DNA of 64,000 bases, from positions 27,113-91,112 of the forward strand of contig JAFTPS010000003.1 of the NCBI GenBank assembly GCA_017463185.1, written 5' to 3'. Below are positions 58,016 to 64,000 of the stretch, piece by piece. Below the pieces are notes generated by a model that ran no database searches, was not told the DNA's origin, and saw nothing but the letters and a program-made list of their open reading frames with translations. How positions within the stretch are numbered: the first letter of the stretch is position 1; each line of letters opens with the position of its first letter. This DNA comes from Alphaproteobacteria bacterium (GTDB lineage: Bacteria > Pseudomonadota > Alphaproteobacteria > Rs-D84). The translations under genes and the position numbers were made by a program.

Positions 58016-58387
58016 ATGTTATCATCTAGTAATAAAACAGCAAATAAAAATCTTTTACACGGTTGGGAATTTCATATGTTCGGTAGCCCAGCTGACTTTG
58101 AGAAAGAACAAAACGAAGTAATTAAAAAAATGGAAAAAGCGGCTTCGGCAGAAGAACAAGCACAAATTTGGAATGCTTGGGAAATGCGTGTTAATGGATT
58201 TAAGAAAAAAATGCGCACTCTTTTTATAGGTGCTCCAGCAGCCGTAGTTATATTTGCTGCAGTTTTGGGTTTAGGTGTGACAAATGCAGAACCGATTGCA
58301 ACAGAACGTGCTAAAATAGTAAAAAAGGTATCTAATAGTTTTAATACTATTATGAATAAGGCTAAAACAATGCAATTTACAAGATAA
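58016..58387 (+). CDS. hypothetical membrane protein
   Basis: 123 aa, one TM segment (LFIGAPAAVVIFAAVLGLGV); RBS aaaggag; terminator aaaaaatgcgccactggcgcatttttt follows. Confidence 0.4.
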   Translation: MLSSSNKTANKNLLHGWEFHMFGSPADFEKEQNEVIKKMEKAASAEEQAQIWNAWEMRVNGFKKKMRTLFIGAPAAVVIFAAVLGLGVTNAEPIATERAKIVKKVSNSFNTIMNKAKTMQFTR

Positions 58388-58640
58388 AAGTAAAAAAATG
58401 CGCCACTGGCGCATTTTTTAATGTTCAGTGTTCAGTGTTCAGTTGTAATAGACATAAAAAGTTATTAGTCATTGGTCATTAGGTATTAGTAAAATTAGTT
58501 CTCCTACTGTGGAGGAGTACGGCGAAGCCGGTAGGTGGTCTTTTTTATTTACATATAAATTCTGTGATTATTATCAAAGCCCCCGTCGCTATGCGCCCCC
58601 CTCCACAGGAGGGAAACTTGTACTTGAGCTAAAAAACTTA

Positions 58641-59288
58641 TCATCGTTGGCGGGTGAACACAATATATTCCGGCAGGACTTTGTTTTTTATAAAAAAGTC
58701 TGTGTTGGGCATGCCCCACCATCGCTTGGTACTGTTGAGCATTTCCGGTGCAAATATAAATTCAGCATCCGCCAAAGTTTGCTGATTTACAACCGCGCGC
58801 GCAGTAATGGGGACCGGTGTGGTTGGATTTTTGTCATGAGATTCCGGAATTACCGTATTTGGCGACATATACAAATACCCAGATTTTGTTATTGGCGCGC
58901 GATACCAAGCCGGCGACACACAAAAACCGTTATAGATAACCAAACGATGTTTTTTAGCACAGAAAATATAGAAGGCCTTGCCCTGCATCTGGTCGCATTG
59001 TTCGCGATGCATTCGCACCAGGCAAAACCGCAACGCTGTACATAAATCGCCCATATGCACAACATTGCCACCAAAATATGATGTGCGTGGTTCCAACATA
59101 TCCACCCCCGGTTCCAGTTTTACGGGAGAGCCGTGAAATACCCATTTGTCTTCAAGGCTGTAATTCACCATATCGGCCAAGGAAACTTCACCAAACACTG
59201 GGGCATTGGCTGTGGGTATCGGGGCACAATCAGATATCAGTGTGTTTTTTGTAAAAATCCGACGCAGAAAGTCAAACATAGCAAACAC
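58641..59288 (-). CDS. hypothetical protein embedded in repeat-dense DNA
   Basis: 215-aa ORF flanked on both sides by cattagt/ggttagtg micro-repeats and palindromes; no family recognised. Confidence 0.35.
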   Translation of the reverse strand: MFAMFDFLRRIFTKNTLISDCAPIPTANAPVFGEVSLADMVNYSLEDKWVFHGSPVKLEPGVDMLEPRTSYFGGNVVHMGDLCTALRFCLVRMHREQCDQMQGKAFYIFCAKKHRLVIYNGFCVSPAWYRAPITKSGYLYMSPNTVIPESHDKNPTTPVPITARAVVNQQTLADAEFIFAPEMLNSTKRWWGMPNTDFFIKNKVLPEYIVFTRQR

Positions 59289-59681
59289 AATAGCAAAAAT
59301 TCCCGCCCCGTCAATGGATAATTAGTGGTTAGTGTAAGTGGTTAGTGGTGGAAGGCATTAGTTATTGGTCATTAGTCATTAGTGTATTCTTCTTTATACA
59401 AGGTTTATTATAGCCACCCCTCGGCTCGCGGTACGCTCGCCACTCCCCGCCAAGGGCGGTGAGAATTAAAGGCATAGATTAGTGGTGAGCCGTAAGTGGT
59501 TAGTGGCGGCGGGCATTAGTTATTGGTCATTAGTTATTAGTTGTTAGTGTGTTTTCTTATTGTCATCCCGTGGCTTGACCACGGGACCCAGGTTATAGAA
59601 TCTTTTTTATAGTAATATATATTCCTTATATTATAAATTTTAGGGTCTAAGAAATTTTATAGACCCTATTACCGCGATGGC

Positions 59682-59719
59682 TGGTAATGACAAAAATGCA
59701 ATGCATTTTTGTAAAAAAG
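59682..59719. repeat. second copy of dispersed hairpin repeat (see 26503)
   Basis: ggtaatgacaaaaatgcaatgcatttttgtaaaaaa. Confidence 0.5.
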
Positions 59720-59747
59720 TCAAGGGGCGGTGAGAATTATATGTTAT

Positions 59748-60065
59748 TTATCGCAGACCTTTGGCACGGCAACAGGCCGAGGCCGCAGATTTCCAATCGG
59801 AATATTCCCGGGACGGGTTGCGCAGGTCACGCCAGCCCTGCCAACCGGAACATTTTTTTGCGGTGCCTTGCCCCGAACATTTTGCATAACGGCGCAGGGA
59901 ACAAGTCTGATTTGAAACCTTGCCAGTATCGGTGGTGCATTTTACAACAACATTCTGGTTGCGAGCGTCGTTTTTACCCAGTTCCTTAGACGATAGAACC
60001 TGGTATGCGTTGGCGGACGCAATTGTCGTGATTATCATCAGTGCAGCCAGAAATATTTTCTTCAT
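59748..60065 (-). CDS. small secreted cysteine-containing protein
   Basis: Signal peptide MKKIFLAALMIITTIASANA; RBS aaaggggg. Confidence 0.4.
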   Translation of the reverse strand: MKKIFLAALMIITTIASANAYQVLSSKELGKNDARNQNVVVKCTTDTGKVSNQTCSLRRYAKCSGQGTAKKCSGWQGWRDLRNPSREYSDWKSAASACCRAKGLR

Positions 60066-60128
60066 AATGCCCCCTTTGCGATTTCATTATAATTATAGGG
60101 AAAGAGACCATAAAAAACAATGGGATTT

Positions 60129-61238
60129 TTATCGTGATAGCGGCTCGGTCGTTGGCGTATGGCAACCATTGTCGCGTATTAGGCGGATTCGGTTCATCCA
60201 ACCTTTTAAGAAAACCTTGTTATTGCCACGGTGCGAGACATCTATCATATATTGCTGTTGGTCGTCCATATAATCCCGATGCAGGTCGCCGGGATAGTTT
60301 TCAACCGCACGAACGATTTCATCGTCTATTTTATTACGCTCAGGCAAGTCCAAAACACGACACAGATGGCGAATACCGGTGACGGGGCCCGCCGCCCAGC
60401 CGAACATAAATACATCGCCACGAATCTGGTCCGGCAGACGGTCCAGACCATATGCGGAATAATATTTACGGAAAGCAATATTTTCAGCATCGGCACGGGT
60501 GATATTGCGGACGTCTATCTCTGGGTTATTATTCTGGGAAATGCCATAACAGGTGTATCCACCACTGTCGCTGGGGTGATTGCCACAACCGCCCTCGGTC
60601 CGGAAAGTGGTAATCATAGCCTTTTCAAATGCGGGGTCGCGGGATTCATATTGACCACTGGTTAAAATCTGGTTCACAAAATGCTTACTGCGCTGGGGCG
60701 GTGTACATGGCCCGTCGTGAATACGTACACTGGCCACAACGGGCACCCCAAGCATACTGTATCCCACAACATTAGCCGCCACAGCCGGGGCCGATGGTGC
60801 AGATGGGGCGGTGTGTTCGGTTGGCTGTGTCAGTTGAGCGGGCGTTGGGGTGGATGAACCATTACCAATTGCGACAAGCGACTCCGTCAAGCCCGGGGTT
60901 TGTGGGCATTTTTTATCATCCGTTGGGTATTTATCGCAATATTGCGCATCGGACATTGTAGCTAGGTCGGATTGACGCTGGGCCTCGGCCCGTGAGACAA
61001 GACGGGTTAGATAGGCTTCCTCGGATTCTATGGCCATTGTTTTATATGCAGATGTGCCGGCGTATGGGGCATAGCCATCGCGCTTGGCATCCATACGTTC
61101 AACAAATGAGGTGTCGGATTTATCCGTCGGGAACGCAACTGGTTTTAACAACGACAATGCATCCGCGTCCATAGCAATACCCGAAAGCAATAAAAATAAT
61201 AACGCTTTAATTTTCATTTGTTGTCCACGGTTCATCAT
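60129..61238 (-). CDS. secreted peptidoglycan hydrolase, GH108-family muramidase + PG_binding_3-like C-terminal domain
   Basis: ..TEGGCGNHPSDSGGYTCYGISQNNNPE.. (GH108 EGG...D.GG.T.YGI signature), C-terminal ..NKVFLKGWMNRIRLI..; signal peptide MKIKALLFLLLSGIAMDA. Confidence 0.6.
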   Translation of the reverse strand: MMNRGQQMKIKALLFLLLSGIAMDADALSLLKPVAFPTDKSDTSFVERMDAKRDGYAPYAGTSAYKTMAIESEEAYLTRLVSRAEAQRQSDLATMSDAQYCDKYPTDDKKCPQTPGLTESLVAIGNGSSTPTPAQLTQPTEHTAPSAPSAPAVAANVVGYSMLGVPVVASVRIHDGPCTPPQRSKHFVNQILTSGQYESRDPAFEKAMITTFRTEGGCGNHPSDSGGYTCYGISQNNNPEIDVRNITRADAENIAFRKYYSAYGLDRLPDQIRGDVFMFGWAAGPVTGIRHLCRVLDLPERNKIDDEIVRAVENYPGDLHRDYMDDQQQYMIDVSHRGNNKVFLKGWMNRIRLIRDNGCHTPTTEPLSR

Positions 61239-62877
61239 TCATAATTAAATAGTATAATTCTGGGTTTTCTGTGCCTGGATTACGCAAGACCGGGCGCACA
61301 ACAAAAATATCTACATTACACGGAGAATTCGTATCATTTTGAGCTTCTGATAAATCCTGGTGAAATTTAGCGGCAAAATCCATTGCCTGTAAATAGGCAG
61401 CATCATCGTCGTTTACACTGACCGAATCGCCGGCCCACATCAGCCACATTCCGTGATTTACCACATTTTCTTGGCCCTGTAAATCATCGGCAGACAATAA
61501 CAACAATGGTGCAAAATCAACACCGCTGGTAAATTCACCGGTACTGGTTTCTGTCCAATCATACATACCACCAATAAAGTTTAATGCACCATAGATTGCA
61601 CCACCAGTGGCTTCTAATTTTCCCAACATACCGATATTGTGCATAGTGGAATCAAACAACCAATCCCGTACCCGTGCAGACATTTGTGAACTGCGTGCCA
61701 CTTTCGCACCAGCACGAATTTTTTTGTTTCCTGTTATTGCGGCACGACCAGCCCGCGCCAAGCGCGCAACAATATTTCCACGCTGGGCAGGACGCGCGAT
61801 ACGCATTCCCCGTAACGCACGCCGATATTGATTTAACTCAGAAAAACTTTTAGTTGCATCACGATATTTTTTGACATCTGAATTGGCTTCTAGGGTGCGA
61901 ATGGTATCACGTGTACGTTCCAGTTCACGGGTTTTGTCCGCAATTTTGGTGGCATCTGCAACCTTGTCCAAAGCTTTGATTTCATCAGCCAGACGGGATG
62001 CCGTAGATGTGGCTTTGATATAATCGCGGACAGCATCTATTTTGGACAAATCGCGAATAGTCGTGGTCAGATTTTTTAACACACGTGCCGCACGAGCTGA
62101 TTTTGTAGCCCCAGAAATTACCAGTCCACCACCCATTGTTGCCACAGTAATAACCACATCAAGAGCAATTTCCAAATATGAAATCCACTGTAAGTTGACA
62201 TCACCAGCAACATAATAATCATTGCTGTCATCATCAATATTTACGGTCCGTTTTACCGTATCGTTTATTGTGGTATTGCGGGATACAGCACTGCGATCCG
62301 TACAATTACCACCAGAACCGGACGGGAACAATGAATCAATATTATCGCGTATATAATTTAATGAAATTGTGTTGTTTTTTTGTGGTCCAACAAATTCGTC
62401 CAGTGCACCTGATTCTGTTACCATAATCGCGTACCAAGCAGGTTCAGTATTAGTCCAAATTGCATCGTCGCCCGCGGCACCAATTCGTGGATTATCCCCA
62501 CCCGACGGCAGTGTTCGCTTGCCCGCCAGTGTTAAACGCTGTTTCAAAATCTTGGGCTGGGTTTCATAATTCACAATAATTTCACGCCCCGTAGAAAAGG
62601 TATATTTTATCGGCATAAATTTAATTGTGTCCGTATCAACAGCACCCGCAATTTCGGGACAAGCCAACACCGCCCGCAATGTATCAGGGGACGCAAATGT
62701 ATTATAAATCCAGGATTGTATTTTTGTTTCGTGATCATCAGCACTGACCGCCTGTGCTGTATTTGCCAAAGCATTGGCAAACGCAGCCGTTGCACACTCA
62801 GTGCCATTGGGCAAAATATCCGCCCACCCCACCCCCGGCATCAATAACGCAAATAAGATTAGTATTTTTTTAATCAT
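61207..62877 (-). CDS. large secreted protein with central coiled-coil region
   Basis: Signal peptide MIKKILILFALLMPGVGWA (start 62877); Arg/Ala-rich heptad-like segment ..LADEIKALDKVADATKIADKTRELERTRDTIRTLEAN.. Confidence 0.45.
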   Translation of the reverse strand: MIKKILILFALLMPGVGWADILPNGTECATAAFANALANTAQAVSADDHETKIQSWIYNTFASPDTLRAVLACPEIAGAVDTDTIKFMPIKYTFSTGREIIVNYETQPKILKQRLTLAGKRTLPSGGDNPRIGAAGDDAIWTNTEPAWYAIMVTESGALDEFVGPQKNNTISLNYIRDNIDSLFPSGSGGNCTDRSAVSRNTTINDTVKRTVNIDDDSNDYYVAGDVNLQWISYLEIALDVVITVATMGGGLVISGATKSARAARVLKNLTTTIRDLSKIDAVRDYIKATSTASRLADEIKALDKVADATKIADKTRELERTRDTIRTLEANSDVKKYRDATKSFSELNQYRRALRGMRIARPAQRGNIVARLARAGRAAITGNKKIRAGAKVARSSQMSARVRDWLFDSTMHNIGMLGKLEATGGAIYGALNFIGGMYDWTETSTGEFTSGVDFAPLLLLSADDLQGQENVVNHGMWLMWAGDSVSVNDDDAAYLQAMDFAAKFHQDLSEAQNDTNSPCNVDIFVVRPVLRNPGTENPELYYLIMNDEPWTTNEN

Positions 62878-64000
62878 CAATACGCAATCCGTCAATCAAT
62901 AATCCCGTTGCGCCATTTCCTGTTGGCATCAGGGTGGACGGGTCATACAACGGTGCACCGATATACATATCTATATCGTCTTCGTTCCAATCACAATTAC
63001 CCTTATTCTTTACATCGGATTCTATTTTTGCCTTGGCGGCGGCCCATTTATCATTTGTTGTTATAAAGACATCACCCGCCATTGGCAACCCTGTACTGGG
63101 GATTTCACGCAGGACATAATTATTTTCTTCGTCTATGCACAGGTTCTTGCCGAATATGGGTTTGAAAACCTTGGTATTCAAATCATCGGTGGGACTGCCC
63201 AGGGAATCTTTGGTACAGGATAAATAACAACCCTCGCCCTGGTCTGTGTCGGTGCAATTCATTATCTGTGGATTAAAACCAGATTCCAGAAAACTGTACA
63301 CACTTCCCACAGCACCCGCAACAGCAATAGGTGTAGAAATGGCAAATTTTGTTAAAGCGGTTGCTAATGCTTTGCTGGCGGCGGCCTGTTCAGCGGTCAA
63401 AGCAGCAACGGCGGCATTTAATTCCGCAGTGGCAGCACCCGCGGCCCCAGCAGCCTCGGCGGCGGCGGCTTTTTTGGCCGCGGTACGGGCCGCGGCTTTG
63501 GCCGCTTTGTCATCAATTAAATCCAGGGCTGCTTTACCAGCATCTGACGCAACAGAACCACTGGTTATCCGGGCCTGAATTTCAGTTTTTAACATTTTGT
63601 CCGTGACGCGTTTTGCCCCCGCGCGTTTCAAATCCGCTTTTACTGTCGCGACGGTGGCATTTTTTGCAACAGCCTGGGATGCGGCTTTGAGCGCAGCCTC
63701 AGACGCGGCAACTTTGGCTGCGGCTTCTGTGACGGCTTGTTTTGCTGCTGCCTCGGCTGCAATTTTAGCAGATGTTTTACCGGCAATATCAACCCCCAGT
63801 TTTTTTGCGGTGGCCTCTATTACAGTGGCCTTGATTCCCTTCTTCACACCAATCTTGGTTAAATTTTTCGCCCCTTGAACAACGGCTGTTTTTCCAGCCT
63901 GGACCGCGACGCCACCAGAGCCATATGAAAATACAGCCGCAACAATTGTGGCAACCCATAGGGCGGCATCAATAGCAGCCTGATAGGAACGATTGTTTTC
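62870..64000 (-). CDS. Ala/Lys-rich low-complexity envelope protein, 5' end beyond window
   Basis: Frame stays open upstream of track start (63847 is GTG) to window edge, encoding a TM-like segment ..AALWVATIVAAVFSYGSGGVAV..; N-half AAKxA repeats. Confidence 0.45.
   Translation of the reverse strand, partial: ENNRSYQAAIDAALWVATIVAAVFSYGSGGVAVQAGKTAVVQGAKNLTKIGVKKGIKATVIEATAKKLGVDIAGKTSAKIAAEAAAKQAVTEAAAKVAASEAALKAASQAVAKNATVATVKADLKRAGAKRVTDKMLKTEIQARITSGSVASDAGKAALDLIDDKAAKAAARTAAKKAAAAEAAGAAGAATAELNAAVAALTAEQAAASKALATALTKFAISTPIAVAGAVGSVYSFLESGFNPQIMNCTDTDQGEGCYLSCTKDSLGSPTDDLNTKVFKPIFGKNLCIDEENNYVLREIPSTGLPMAGDVFITTNDKWAAAKAKIESDVKNKGNCDWNEDDIDMYIGAPLYDPSTLMPTGNGATGLLIDGLRIDD

Overview
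This 64-kb window is a mosaic chromosomal region, probably from a proteobacterium. That guess is inference from the SLP-Slam gene pair, the hipBA operon, an RpoZ with a long acidic C-terminal extension and a small type II-C Cas9.

Housekeeping genes: obg, rubrerythrin, a Lon-like AAA+ protein with no protease domain, tsaB, rimI, a Pif1/RecD-like helicase, dnaK, pfk, gdhA, rpoZ, a MiaB/MtaB-family methylthiotransferase, and four tRNAs (Arg-CCG, Met-CAT, Gly-CCC, Ser-GGA).

Accessory content:
(i) A surface-glycan locus at 1-7.3 kb with GT2, an ABO-like GT6, a kinase-fold protein, a DUF616/TupA-ATP-grasp fusion and an RgpF-like protein.
(ii) A 9.3-kb gene for a 3099-aa secreted repeat- and Cys-rich protein.
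(iii) A family of small secreted Cys-rich proteins, each preceded by a conserved terminator-containing RNA leader with covariation. This is a candidate new riboswitch or attenuator.
(iv) A tandem pair of ~85-nt structured RNA elements with compensatory changes.
(v) A tRNA-Gly-linked islet with a GIY-YIG mini-element and hipBA, bounded by a 16-bp duplication of the tRNA 3' end.
(vi) An SLP lipoprotein + Slam outer-membrane translocator pair.
(vii) An ~11-kb tRNA-Ser-linked island bounded by 63-bp direct repeats. It carries a Ymh-family protein, Fic, a complete type II-C CRISPR-Cas9 locus (cas9-cas1-cas2, 13 repeats with embedded -10 promoters, divergent tracrRNA), a P-loop kinase, a PD-(D/E)xK-like nuclease and decayed gene remnants.
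(viii) A repeat-dense region and a cluster of secreted envelope proteins including a GH108 muramidase.
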